From NCBI GenBank assembly GCA_937996685.1, contig CALKUP010000014.1:1-57222 (forward strand): a stretch of DNA of 57,222 nt, read 5' to 3'. This stretch comes from an uncultured bacterium. Lineage in GTDB: Bacteria > Patescibacteriota > Patescibacteriia > UBA9570 > XYC2-FULL-38-9. This document shows, piece after piece, positions 38,623 to 49,079 of the stretch. The notes beneath the pieces were generated by a model. It did no database searches. It was not told the origin of the DNA and saw only the letters and a program-made list of their open reading frames with translations. The position numbers were made by a program, and so were the translations under genes. How positions within the stretch are numbered: the stretch's first letter is position 1; every line of letters starts with the position of its first letter.

Positions 38623-38904
38623 TCACGCAGGCCCCTCGCCCCAGAGGCCACCAGTGCAGTCGAAGGGAGCAGGAGCTCCCGGGTAGACGTCGGGGTTGTC
38701 ATCGAGGCAGTCGTCCGAAGGCGACTGCGGCGCGATGGGCCAACCATCCTCGTCGGTGGGGACGGTCGCGCCGTCCCCGTCAGCGTCGTACGGAGCAAAG
38801 GGCCCCTCGGCGGGCCCAGTGATCTCAGCAGACCCGTCAGCAGACGGATCCTCCGGGGCGCAGGCCGACGCGGCCAACGCCCAGACAACCACGAAGATGC
38901 GCAT
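38623..38904 (-). CDS. Small GC-rich secreted/lipoprotein-like protein with DxDxDG and a Cys-Asp-Pro-Gly motif (foreign composition)
   Basis: 93 aa. Signal peptide MRIFVVVWALAASAC. DADGDG, and DDCLDDNPDVYPGAPAPFDC resembling the DCDDxxxxxxPGA metal-binding motif of high-GC bacteria. AAGGAG SD 6 nt upstream. Roughly two-thirds G+C. Confidence 0.6.
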   Translation of the reverse strand: MRIFVVVWALAASACAPEDPSADGSAEITGPAEGPFAPYDADGDGATVPTDEDGWPIAPQSPSDDCLDDNPDVYPGAPAPFDCTGGLWGEGPA

Positions 38905-39124
38905 GGCGCTTCTCCTTGCTTGAGGTGGATTTTATCGAGAATCATTCTCAACAAAACCCACCCCACCAAAACTCTTGTACAATGAGAACAAGAAGCGGCC
39001 AATGTGCGAAATTCAAAAAATTTCAGAGTGCAATTTCTAGAGTCTCAATACCATGTATTGAGAAAAAAGTCAAGAGGGAGGAATGGCGCCCTGTGAATAA
39101 TTCCACAGAGCACTTTCACCTCCT

Positions 39125-42100
39125 TTATAACTCCACTTCAATACGTTTGCTATATTCAGCGTATGATTGACACGCTCGCGCATTGGCAGTGGTTCGCTCG
39201 ACAGCAGAGTCAAGATTACACATTCCCCAATAATCCTTTACTTGAATCCGCACTTCATATTCACACCCACCTCGATCTCCAATTGCTGATGAATATGTCG
39301 CACTTTGTGAATTACATGTGTAAATATGCTCAAGTGTATGATTTGCCAGCGGCACACCTTCCCATAAAATTGCAGGTAGATCTGGCTCAAATGTTGTATT
39401 TGCAGGATTAGCTTGATATTGAACTGCAATTTGATTTAATGGCTGTTGGTCTTTGTCCACTTTCGCTCCAAATTGAATGGTCACTCTTTGTCCAGCTTGG
39501 ACAGTAATCGGATCATTTCCAGGTAAACCATCAGGAACTCCCTGCACAACAATATTTTCCACTTCTGGAGTCACCGCACAATAGACAGAAGTATCAAATG
39601 GACGTTCATTATTAGGACACAACGGAATCGTCGAGAACGAAGATAGTGTTATCGCAAGATTACGAAAGCCCTGTTGAGCATTGTTTGGAATTGGAGTATT
39701 GTCTCCAGGCTTTATGTAATTACTCAAAGCATCGATTGACAATGGGCGTAACTCCCCATAATGCTCTTGATTTCGAATATGCCCTAAAGCCTCATCCCCT
39801 TGCTCTTCCGCAATATAGACTGTTGGTTCAGCAATATCCGCAAAGAGTGTACGATATCGTCCCCATGCGCTCGCTGCAGCAGTTGCAAGTTTTTGATTCA
39901 AAGTTGCTTCATTACCGCCTTTTTTCTCATGTTCGGACAACGGTTTACAATATGTTCCCGCTCCGGCGTCTCGACATTGCTGGGAAACAGTCCCAACGTT
40001 ACCCGCTGGATCACACGGCACTGACGATTGCTCTTTGATTATTGTTGTTTGCGTTCGAGCATCTTGCACACACACACCTTCTAAAGAAATCCATTGATTT
40101 GCATTTCCGTCTGTTTGACATGCTGAACCATTGTTTGGATCAAATGTATTGGCTTCATATGGACTATCTTGCTGACAAACCATTTCTGTACAACTCCCAA
40201 TACAAGCAAATGGCAACCCCGAACCCTCTCCATTTGTCGCATAGACCAGTGGCAATGTTCCGGCTTTTCCGGTGATATTTGATTTTTGACCATCAAGATA
40301 GTCAGGACTATGCTCTAACTGATCTGGCGCTTTTCCATTCAAGGCAAGCATTCCAAACAAAATATTTGAGAAATTGACCCCGCCATTTCCAAGTTGGTAT
40401 GTATATCCAAGTCCTGGAACGATAAACGGTGTCGCTCGATTAACGCGGGTTCGCCATGGCATTACCTTCACTGTACTACTCGCCGCATCAACAGAAGCGC
40501 TATTCACTGCCAAGAGACACACCTCTTTCAAATCAAACTCCCAAGAAATATTTGTGAATTGCTTTGGATCTGCTCGACGGAAACCATTAAAAATGACAAT
40601 GTAGACATTTTTTAAATACCCGCCTTCAAAATCAAACTTCACTGCATAGATATTATTCCCACAAGCCGGATTACCAATAATACCACCAAAACAATTTGGC
40701 ATTCCTTGCGGAATAATATCATTAGCACCAATGGAATTTGCATTACGTGATACAAAATACTTAAAGAAGGCATCTGGTTGCTGGATCCGATAATCAGCAA
40801 TTAGTGCTTCATCTGGATCAATTTTACCGTTTTTATTCCAAATTTCACTACCTGGACCAAGGTCTGCGGAAAACCGCTCAAACGGATTCAATGCTTGGTG
40901 ATTGTTTGCAACTCGACCAGCACTAAAGAGCAAGTTCGCACCGCTACTTTGATTATCTGAAAAACTCCCGACGCCTTTAACATAGACAAAGTCAGCATTC
41001 CCTAAGACATCTTTGTAATTACGGTCATTAACAAGCGCAGAGCATGGACTGGAACCACACCACAGGCCTGTTTGAACAGCATAGACACCAGCTTTATCTT
41101 CATTACTTCCATCATCAAAATGAAAGGCTTGCGCTGGATCGACTTTATTGTCCCAATTACGTTCAAAAATATCCCAGATGAGGCCGGCTGCTGAAAAATC
41201 ATATTTTTGTTCATTGTTTCCAGTTGTACTTGGATCTGTTGTTCCTGCATCTTGCTCGATAAATGAGAGAGCTGAAGCAAGATTTTGATCTTCGCCATAT
41301 AATGGCTTCCCAATTTTCCAGGTATTTTTTGCTGACTCAACAGCATTTGCACTGGTCGTTCCATCAAATTGCGGCTCACCATCATATAATCGAATGTCAG
41401 AAATCTCAGAGAGATGAACCAATTCTTCGAGTTTTAATTGATCTGGACCAAGCTTCAAGAATGTTGCATATTCTTGATTTGAAACTGATTCAGCGGTGTG
41501 TGATGTATCTTGATCAACGTAGATGCTGTTTAATGTGTGTGTCAAACTATAATCCTTGCTACTGTAGGAATGTTTAATGTCATATGGATTAACATTATTT
41601 TGAGTATTCGTTGAAGACACCATTCGAGAATTGACATAATTTGGATCATTCGCTGTGTTACACTCTAAAGTTTCTCCTGGATATTGCGCTGCATATGGAC
41701 GACAATCAACATCCGCATTACACGCCACTTGATTACCCTGGTCTTCAATTGGAACAGGTACTTCAAATGTGACTTCAGTATTTCCAAAGTCTTGCCCAAT
41801 ATCATTGTATTGACAAATACCCGTCGGTTGATTTGCAATACAAATTTCACCAGCATCTGTATCACACTCTGCTGATGTATTACACAGCTCTCCAGAATTT
41901 TCACAGAAGCCTAAATCTTCATTTCCTTTTGCAACCAAACAATGATACACCGGCGCTTGATCAGTCCAGCGCATTTTCAAACCTGCTCGTGATAAATCTG
42001 ATTCACCAGTAATCGTTGAAACAGGCCACCACGCAATACAACCGTTTGCATGCAATGGATCTTTTTCAAGACAATATCCTTTCCATCCAGAATAAATCAC

Positions 42101-45100
42101 ACCACTTGAATCAGTGTAATTACACGACGCTGACGTTTCTGTTGGATATGCTCGACATGATCGAGAGACAAGATTTGGAGTGAGGCCTCCGCGAACCTCA
42201 GATTTTGAACCCGCAACACCTCCATCCGCTGAGACTTCCAAAGCTGGTTTCAATGAAACATTATCAATCAAGAAGGCGTTATCAAGTGCACCGTCAACTT
42301 GACCAATAAAGATAGTCGCGCCGTCTGAAGCCTGAAAATTCCCCACAGTCACAGGGCCCAATGTATACCGTGTCCACGCAGTAGAAAGTCGAAATGGATT
42401 TGCATCAGGCGCATCTGTGAAATAATATGGCGTATCACCAATTCGAATCCCGGCGGTCATTGCATTAATATGATCCGTTGTATCCGCTTGTGGATCTTGA
42501 ATATATTTCGCATCAAACGACAATACATATTGACCATTCGATGATAAATCACGACTAGAAATATTAACCTCAAGTCCAGACTCTTGATTATTCACCGGCT
42601 GCACATACATCACATTGTTCAAATCGAGCGATTTCGCTGCAACAGGGAATGGGTTTGAAATTCCAGGAAGTTTTGAATAGAGAGAACTGCCATCAGCTCC
42701 GTTGTCAGGCAATGTTTCGTATTGACGCGCTTCATCATAATCAATAATAGTCATTTCGGCATTACCAAAATTATGCCAGTCTTTCCATGAGCGCTGTGCT
42801 CCTGTACGAGAAACATTCTTACACCAACCAGATGAATAATCGATAGTCGATAAACGCATTGTTTGACCCGCTGCACGCAAAGCCGTTTGGGCAGCGGTTT
42901 CTGTATCCTGCACACGACAATGTGCATCAATGGTACACGCTTGATTAAAGTCACGAGAAGAACTCACAGCAGAATCAACAGTTGTATTCGCCGTTGAATC
43001 ACCATCACATTGAACAGATTCAAAATCGTTATTTGGAATTAAGTCAACGGTGCCTTTTACGCCTGCAACTCCTTGCTCAGGCATCCAATCAACTGGGTAG
43101 TACCCTTTTGACTGCGCAACTTCATTTCCTTCTGCACTTAACCAGCGCATGCCGGCTTTTGTCAGACCTGAGTAATCCTTGATACTCGCGACAGCAAATC
43201 CAGCCCCTGGTTGAGACACAGCACTCACAACACTATCCTGACTCAACGCGTTGCTGTTTGGTACTTGAACAAATTGTGTACATTCACCAGTATCTTCATT
43301 TCGTTTTGTACAGGTCGTGAACTTTGTACATGTATTCACGATTTGACCATTGATGTTGACGGGATTGCTATCACCACAAGTCAACCACTCACTACATTGG
43401 CGGTCTCGTTTGACCTGCAAGACAACATTACTGTTTGCAGCATTTGCAGTGCCATCACACACCACAGCACCGTCAGAGGCTCGTGTTTGACACGCCACAA
43501 CAGCTGTCGTGTTGCCATTGACCTGATTTAAGACTTCTACATCTGACAATGTATTATTTGTACTCGCGGTCATTTCTTGAAATGCAACACAACCTTGACC
43601 TTCATCAACAACGCCATTACATGTATTCACATCTCCTTCAGGCGCTCCATCAACCGATGAATTAATGTATGAGTACACATCAGCTTCAGAAAGCTCAACA
43701 TCATCAAAGAACACTCGTCCATTATATGACTCGACAAATACTCGAACATTCACAGTTCCTTCTGGGAATTGGTGAAGTTGATTTGGACCAATTAACGCGT
43801 GGTAAGACACCCAACCATCTACAATATCACCTCGATCTCCACCATCATATGCAGTAATCGCATAACTTTCAGGAGTATTTTCAGGTGTTTGCAACAAATT
43901 ACCATCAGGACCTTCAAACAACAGACCAACAGCGAATTTTGCCGCGCTACCCGCTTTCACTTTCGCACTTAATGTATAGATTTTATTCGAATCAACACTG
44001 ATTTGTGAGTCATATGCTGCCATACAATCAGCATTCGACGGAGCAGTAATCTTTAAGGAGAATTGACCACTAAATTGATCAGCTCCTTTATCTGATTGTC
44101 GTGTTTCTGTACAGTTTTTAATTTGTGCATTAATTGCTGTTTGATACGGATTACTCCCAAGATATGCAGACCAATAATCCGGTCGATTGTCTGGTGTTTG
44201 GTTATTGATGTTGTCATTACTGAATACATCTGTTTCAAAACTGGTGTTTTGCAAACTATCGACTGACGCTGAATTTGGATCAAGGTAATTTGTACAACCA
44301 GCATACACCGCATTACAAATACCAACATATCCAGATTGATTGTCTAAATTCGATACACAACGTGATGGTTTTCCGTCGTCAGCTGTTGGACACTCTGAAT
44401 CAGTACTACACAATTCACCGGCTCGTGGACCACGGTTACACACTGGCCCTTTTGGTTGTGATGGTGCATCTGATGGATTTTGCAATGGGCATGGATCACC
44501 GTTTTTTGTTTTCCAACTACCAGAACCTTCATCGTATTCACAGGTTTTATTTCCTGGATCTTTGAAGTATTGCACACTGCCGTCTGCCGCTGCGTATTCT
44601 TTACAACTCAATTGCTCGTTTGCACACAAACTATTGCTGTAAAAATCAACATTATTTAAGAGGTATTGCGTTTCAAATCCAGCAACTTTATTACTTGCAT
44701 CAATTGATGGCAAGCCAAATGCCTGACATGATGCACTTGCCGCATCACAGAATGACGCTGGAGTAACAATCCGTGTTTCTGGCTGATCAGCAGACACAAC
44801 AACATCATCAGAAGCTGATTCATTATCTGTCTTGAAACGCTCAGTAAATGGTGATGTTGAATTTTTTGTGTTGAAGAGCGCAGTACAGCCAGCATCTTTT
44901 TCATCACACAATTTTTCAAATGATTTGAGGTATGAGGTGTTTCCTGCTGGATCTTTGTATTCTTGACATCCTTCATATCCATTACATGATGTCGCTGAGC
45001 CCTTGATCATGTAAATACTATTGTTTTCAAAAACACGAACATTATCAATGTAGGCATTTGCACCTTGATATGAGAAACCAAATTCTGCACCAGCTCCAAG

Positions 45101-48100
45101 CGCTTCGCTTGAAATAAACGGACCAATATTATATTGCTTCCATTCAGTTGATAGCGTAATTGTTGCAAATGTTTGTCGAGTGCCTGTTGTTGGATTATTT
45201 ACAAATGCGGTCAATTGTGAATTTGCGTCACCTTTTGCCCAGAGAGTCGCAACATAACTCTTGTCTTGAGACAAGCTCGCGCCAAAGAGCGTCGCTGCTT
45301 CTCGACTCGCAGCGTTAGAGCCAATTTGCATTGATTGACCACTATTTGCAGACACAACTGTAGACGAACTTGTTCCGCCGCCCCACATTGCTGTATCAAA
45401 ATCAGCATCAATGATAAACGATTGATTACCCGCTGCCGCACCTTTGTATTCACGACATGACACAGCAGTTGCTGAACAAGAGACACTTTCACTTGGGATT
45501 GTGTAATAAATGCGGTTGTCTGCAGAATTACGCAAAGCTGTACAACTATCGGATACCGAAATTGTCGCTGATTTTAATCGATAATATCGATTACCTGCAG
45601 CATCAAAGTATTCTGTACAATTTGGATTCACGCCAAGTTCGTCAACAGAACATGCTGCTTGGGTTTCTGTTGTATCAACACATGCTGCATCAGCAGATTG
45701 TGCTGTTCCGCCAGTCAAATCAAGGTTTGTACATGGGCCTGCGTCAATGTTACTCTTTTTTAAATACCATGAACGAATTTGATATCCTGTTTGATCAGAA
45801 CCTTCAAATGAATAATAGGTATCAACTAATCCTTGTGCGACTTGTGTTTCCGTTGGTTTTACACATTGTCGAATGTAATTGTAATACTCAAGACCTTCAC
45901 CGCCAGCACCTTGTGAATCAATGTTAACGTATTGTTCACAACCAACATCTTGCGCTGAACAACTATCACCAGTTGATGGCACAACAGACACACTCGGCAC
46001 ACACGCGACACCAGAACCACATTCAGCCGCTGCACGAGATGGGTTACATGAGGTTGTTGTTCCAGAACAATAATATCCTGTACGGGCCGCAACGGCTGGC
46101 GCTACTTCTTCTGGAAGTCCAGCAACAAATGTTTTCAATGGAGCTTGATATGGAGTATCTGATTCAACAAATGCCTGACACCCAACAAATCCTTGGAAAC
46201 ATTGTGAACATGATGGATTTGTGAAATCAGTCCCATTTCCACAGGCTTCAGACAATGGGTTTGTCACACGTCCTGGAACTGGCAAACGAGTACCACCAGT
46301 TTGCGGTGTATATAACTGACAACCAACTTCACTTGGGTTACATTGTGCTGCAACATCTGTTTTCAAATGCAATGCGTTACCGCCGTAGTCTTGGTACGCA
46401 GTAGAGACTGATGCATTTGTGATTTCGATCAACGAAACATTATCAACGATTAAATGACAGTCACGCGGCGCTCCGATTTCAACATTCAAATCCGTCGCTG
46501 TCACGCCTGCACCAAATGTATATGGTTGCAATGCAATTGTTTGATAGCCAGTGCCTGCTGCATACGACACAGCATCTTTACGACCAGCTGAACCCGCACT
46601 GATTTCTGCAGTTGCTGTTCCCTGGTCGTCGCAGGTTGACCCGCTAGCATTTAAATAACTATACGACAAAACGAACGAACGATTCGCCAACGGCACGCCT
46701 GTTTCAACACGCGTTGTTAATGGCTGCCCGTCACCAATTTGTGATTCAACGCCCACTTTTCCACTCGCGGCATCTGTCACAACACGCCAGCCATTACCAC
46801 CAGACGCGCCGTCAGCTTGCAACCAACCACGACATGCTCCGCCGGTTTCATCAACACACGCGCTGCCATCTACTTCTGCGAACGCAAGCGCCGCTCCTCC
46901 AAACTCATCTGTTGATGTTGCAGCAGAAGCTGGATCTTTTCCAAAATTATTAAATGACTCAAAGCTTGGGTTTGAGATGAGATTGCTGCCAATTTGTGGG
47001 ATAAAGGTTGTACAACTTTGATTTGCCTCATCACACGGCTGCACATCATTATCAAAATTGATTGAGTACTGCGTATTTGTATCAGAACCAGAGAGATACC
47101 ACGTTTTATCATCTGCGCTACAACGGAATCCGCCATTCGCAATACTACAACCTGGAGTTCCAGTTGAACCATCAGCTTGCACTAAATTATCACGACAGCC
47201 ATTCGCGTTTGTACAGGTTTTATAAATTGTATCCTCACCTTTACATTGGAATTCTTTATCAACAGTATTGTAGACCGTGCAACGCCACGCACAACCATCT
47301 GAATCCGAAGTACAACCGTTATAGTTCAGCGTATCTTTTAAATACCCGTTTTGCGTTCCAGTACTATCTGTAAACACCTCACAAGAGACTTGTTCTGCTG
47401 GACAACTTTCGCCTTCAAACCGATAAATATCCTCTTGTTTTGTACAATATCCATAGGCTTCACACGCACCAGTATCGTCTTGAGACAAACAGGTTTGTGC
47501 GTCAACACAACTTTTTAAACGATTGACTTGCAACTGCTCTGGCGTATACGGATTACCATCTGCATCAATAAAGCTGGTAGCTCCAATATTTTCTGCGTAC
47601 CCCTCAACTTTACAAAACACCTCAGGTGACTTTAACACCCAATTCGGATCAACAAGACCACAATATGGAGAATAATTATCCGTTCCACAATCATCATATT
47701 TATCCATGACATCACGCAATGTCAGTGATGATGCTTGATCATAATTTTTATGGTATTGCGCAGCAAGCTCCCAGCCAACAGGGAGAACGCTGTACTGACG
47801 TAAAATCGTGATGTTCCGCAATGAAAATCCTTCTTCTGGACTTGTTATATCCTTCTGATCAACGTTAAGACCGAATGGTAAATTACCAAGATTTGTGTCG
47901 TCTACTAATTGCTTCACTGTTTTTTGCTCATCGATCGCTGAACGGAATTCATCAGTGATGACACAATTCACAACATCAGCCCCTTCTGATGGACACGTTG
48001 CGAATTGCGACAAGATATCTACTGTTCCAGTGCTCGAGATTGGCGGGGTTTTGTAACTCGCGAATTGTTCACGGGCAGCGCGAATACCACCGCTCCGGGT

Positions 48101-49069
48101 TGTGGAACTACTCCCACGTAATGATTCATTAATGTCTGACTGTGTAAAAAATGACAATAAGCCACTCTTGGCTTTATCCATCAATTTTGACAACAATGTA
48201 TTTGTGAAAATATTTAAAGAGTCAGCAACAACATTCCCTGTTAATGTTGTTTCTCCATCTGCTGCTTTTTCAGCTGCTAATTGATTTTGCAGTTTTATAG
48301 ATTCAGCCGATGTTTCAACATTTCCAGAGACTTTTGATTTTTGATCTTTAAAGTCATTTTTTAATCGCTCAATTTGCGCCTCTTCTTGCGCCTTCGCTTT
48401 CGCAGTCGTTGCCTTATCTAAGCCTTGTACATACGTCAACAACGGATTTTCCGCGATACTCATGTAATTCGCGAATGTGATAATTGACACTGGGTTAGAA
48501 GCAAATTCAATTTTCGCTTCTGTAAATGTTTTATCTAAAGAGTCAAATGAATTTTGTGCGCTCGCTGCAATTTGTGACGCGGAACAATTTGCGGTTTTTA
48601 CTTGAGCCGCTTCCGGTTGATCGAATAATCGGTTCACCAAAATTTGCACACGCAAACCTTGGGCCTGCGGCAATGAACACAAATCTAATCCACCAGTTTT
48701 TGCGATTGTATTTAAAAATTCACCGACAGCCGCGTCTCCTTGGCCTTGAATATACGTCCCAACATCTTTTGTGAAAAGTAACGGTTTTTGATTACTATCA
48801 CCAGACGCAATCCAGACGGCAGTGTCATAGGCAATTTTATCAAGGAAGACACGAATCGAATTTTTCAGCGCTACCTGCGCTGATGTCTCAAGTCCTTTTA
48901 AAATAGTATCTAAAATACCTGTTGACCCTTGCACTACACGTTGCACATCACCCAACACAGTCACCTGCGCGAAAGCCACTCGCGGGGAGAACACTAAACT
49001 CACTAAAAAAAGACTCAGTGTTGTTACTTTAAGGAATTGACGAAGTGAGTGGTTGGTAAAAAATTTCAT
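39125..49069 (-). CDS. Giant (3314-aa) secreted cysteine-rich protein with four lectin/CBM-like jelly-roll modules
   Basis: ATG at 49069. Signal peptide ending VAFA|QV. Four modules each open with N-x-[SD]-FE and end with [ILF]-[DI]-[DN]-V-x-[LV]-x-[EP] (IVDNVSLIE, YIDNVRVFE, FFDDVELSE, LIDNVSLKP). There are many [GS]-C-x-x-[YF] connector motifs and about 110 Cys by manual count. No TM segment or LPXTG at the C-terminus. Confidence 0.8.
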   Translation of the reverse strand: MKFFTNHSLRQFLKVTTLSLFLVSLVFSPRVAFAQVTVLGDVQRVVQGSTGILDTILKGLETSAQVALKNSIRVFLDKIAYDTAVWIASGDSNQKPLLFTKDVGTYIQGQGDAAVGEFLNTIAKTGGLDLCSLPQAQGLRVQILVNRLFDQPEAAQVKTANCSASQIAASAQNSFDSLDKTFTEAKIEFASNPVSIITFANYMSIAENPLLTYVQGLDKATTAKAKAQEEAQIERLKNDFKDQKSKVSGNVETSAESIKLQNQLAAEKAADGETTLTGNVVADSLNIFTNTLLSKLMDKAKSGLLSFFTQSDINESLRGSSSTTRSGGIRAAREQFASYKTPPISSTGTVDILSQFATCPSEGADVVNCVITDEFRSAIDEQKTVKQLVDDTNLGNLPFGLNVDQKDITSPEEGFSLRNITILRQYSVLPVGWELAAQYHKNYDQASSLTLRDVMDKYDDCGTDNYSPYCGLVDPNWVLKSPEVFCKVEGYAENIGATSFIDADGNPYTPEQLQVNRLKSCVDAQTCLSQDDTGACEAYGYCTKQEDIYRFEGESCPAEQVSCEVFTDSTGTQNGYLKDTLNYNGCTSDSDGCAWRCTVYNTVDKEFQCKGEDTIYKTCTNANGCRDNLVQADGSTGTPGCSIANGGFRCSADDKTWYLSGSDTNTQYSINFDNDVQPCDEANQSCTTFIPQIGSNLISNPSFESFNNFGKDPASAATSTDEFGGAALAFAEVDGSACVDETGGACRGWLQADGASGGNGWRVVTDAASGKVGVESQIGDGQPLTTRVETGVPLANRSFVLSYSYLNASGSTCDDQGTATAEISAGSAGRKDAVSYAAGTGYQTIALQPYTFGAGVTATDLNVEIGAPRDCHLIVDNVSLIEITNASVSTAYQDYGGNALHLKTDVAAQCNPSEVGCQLYTPQTGGTRLPVPGRVTNPLSEACGNGTDFTNPSCSQCFQGFVGCQAFVESDTPYQAPLKTFVAGLPEEVAPAVAARTGYYCSGTTTSCNPSRAAAECGSGVACVPSVSVVPSTGDSCSAQDVGCEQYVNIDSQGAGGEGLEYYNYIRQCVKPTETQVAQGLVDTYYSFEGSDQTGYQIRSWYLKKSNIDAGPCTNLDLTGGTAQSADAACVDTTETQAACSVDELGVNPNCTEYFDAAGNRYYRLKSATISVSDSCTALRNSADNRIYYTIPSESVSCSATAVSCREYKGAAAGNQSFIIDADFDTAMWGGGTSSSTVVSANSGQSMQIGSNAASREAATLFGASLSQDKSYVATLWAKGDANSQLTAFVNNPTTGTRQTFATITLSTEWKQYNIGPFISSEALGAGAEFGFSYQGANAYIDNVRVFENNSIYMIKGSATSCNGYEGCQEYKDPAGNTSYLKSFEKLCDEKDAGCTALFNTKNSTSPFTERFKTDNESASDDVVVSADQPETRIVTPASFCDAASASCQAFGLPSIDASNKVAGFETQYLLNNVDFYSNSLCANEQLSCKEYAAADGSVQYFKDPGNKTCEYDEGSGSWKTKNGDPCPLQNPSDAPSQPKGPVCNRGPRAGELCSTDSECPTADDGKPSRCVSNLDNQSGYVGICNAVYAGCTNYLDPNSASVDSLQNTSFETDVFSNDNINNQTPDNRPDYWSAYLGSNPYQTAINAQIKNCTETRQSDKGADQFSGQFSLKITAPSNADCMAAYDSQISVDSNKIYTLSAKVKAGSAAKFAVGLLFEGPDGNLLQTPENTPESYAITAYDGGDRGDIVDGWVSYHALIGPNQLHQFPEGTVNVRVFVESYNGRVFFDDVELSEADVYSYINSSVDGAPEGDVNTCNGVVDEGQGCVAFQEMTASTNNTLSDVEVLNQVNGNTTAVVACQTRASDGAVVCDGTANAANSNVVLQVKRDRQCSEWLTCGDSNPVNINGQIVNTCTKFTTCTKRNEDTGECTQFVQVPNSNALSQDSVVSAVSQPGAGFAVASIKDYSGLTKAGMRWLSAEGNEVAQSKGYYPVDWMPEQGVAGVKGTVDLIPNNDFESVQCDGDSTANTTVDSAVSSSRDFNQACTIDAHCRVQDTETAAQTALRAAGQTMRLSTIDYSSGWCKNVSRTGAQRSWKDWHNFGNAEMTIIDYDEARQYETLPDNGADGSSLYSKLPGISNPFPVAAKSLDLNNVMYVQPVNNQESGLEVNISSRDLSSNGQYVLSFDAKYIQDPQADTTDHINAMTAGIRIGDTPYYFTDAPDANPFRLSTAWTRYTLGPVTVGNFQASDGATIFIGQVDGALDNAFLIDNVSLKPALEVSADGGVAGSKSEVRGGLTPNLVSRSCRAYPTETSASCNYTDSSGVIYSGWKGYCLEKDPLHANGCIAWWPVSTITGESDLSRAGLKMRWTDQAPVYHCLVAKGNEDLGFCENSGELCNTSAECDTDAGEICIANQPTGICQYNDIGQDFGNTEVTFEVPVPIEDQGNQVACNADVDCRPYAAQYPGETLECNTANDPNYVNSRMVSSTNTQNNVNPYDIKHSYSSKDYSLTHTLNSIYVDQDTSHTAESVSNQEYATFLKLGPDQLKLEELVHLSEISDIRLYDGEPQFDGTTSANAVESAKNTWKIGKPLYGEDQNLASALSFIEQDAGTTDPSTTGNNEQKYDFSAAGLIWDIFERNWDNKVDPAQAFHFDDGSNEDKAGVYAVQTGLWCGSSPCSALVNDRNYKDVLGNADFVYVKGVGSFSDNQSSGANLLFSAGRVANNHQALNPFERFSADLGPGSEIWNKNGKIDPDEALIADYRIQQPDAFFKYFVSRNANSIGANDIIPQGMPNCFGGIIGNPACGNNIYAVKFDFEGGYLKNVYIVIFNGFRRADPKQFTNISWEFDLKEVCLLAVNSASVDAASSTVKVMPWRTRVNRATPFIVPGLGYTYQLGNGGVNFSNILFGMLALNGKAPDQLEHSPDYLDGQKSNITGKAGTLPLVYATNGEGSGLPFACIGSCTEMVCQQDSPYEANTFDPNNGSACQTDGNANQWISLEGVCVQDARTQTTIIKEQSSVPCDPAGNVGTVSQQCRDAGAGTYCKPLSEHEKKGGNEATLNQKLATAAASAWGRYRTLFADIAEPTVYIAEEQGDEALGHIRNQEHYGELRPLSIDALSNYIKPGDNTPIPNNAQQGFRNLAITLSSFSTIPLCPNNERPFDTSVYCAVTPEVENIVVQGVPDGLPGNDPITVQAGQRVTIQFGAKVDKDQQPLNQIAVQYQANPANTTFEPDLPAILWEGVPLANHTLEHIYTCNSQSATYSSAIGDRGGCEYEVRIQVKDYWGMCNLDSAVERTTANARACQSYAEYSKRIEVEL

Positions 49070-49079
49070 AAAATGCAAA

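Noticed and set aside
38440-39002. Long ORFs 38440-38985 (+), 38490-39002 (-), 38541-38822 (+) and 38696-38923 (+) over the GC-rich micro-island.
   Set aside because: These are Arg/Pro/Gly-rich shadow frames produced by GC bias. Only 38623-38904 (-) has a signal peptide, a strong SD and sensible motifs.
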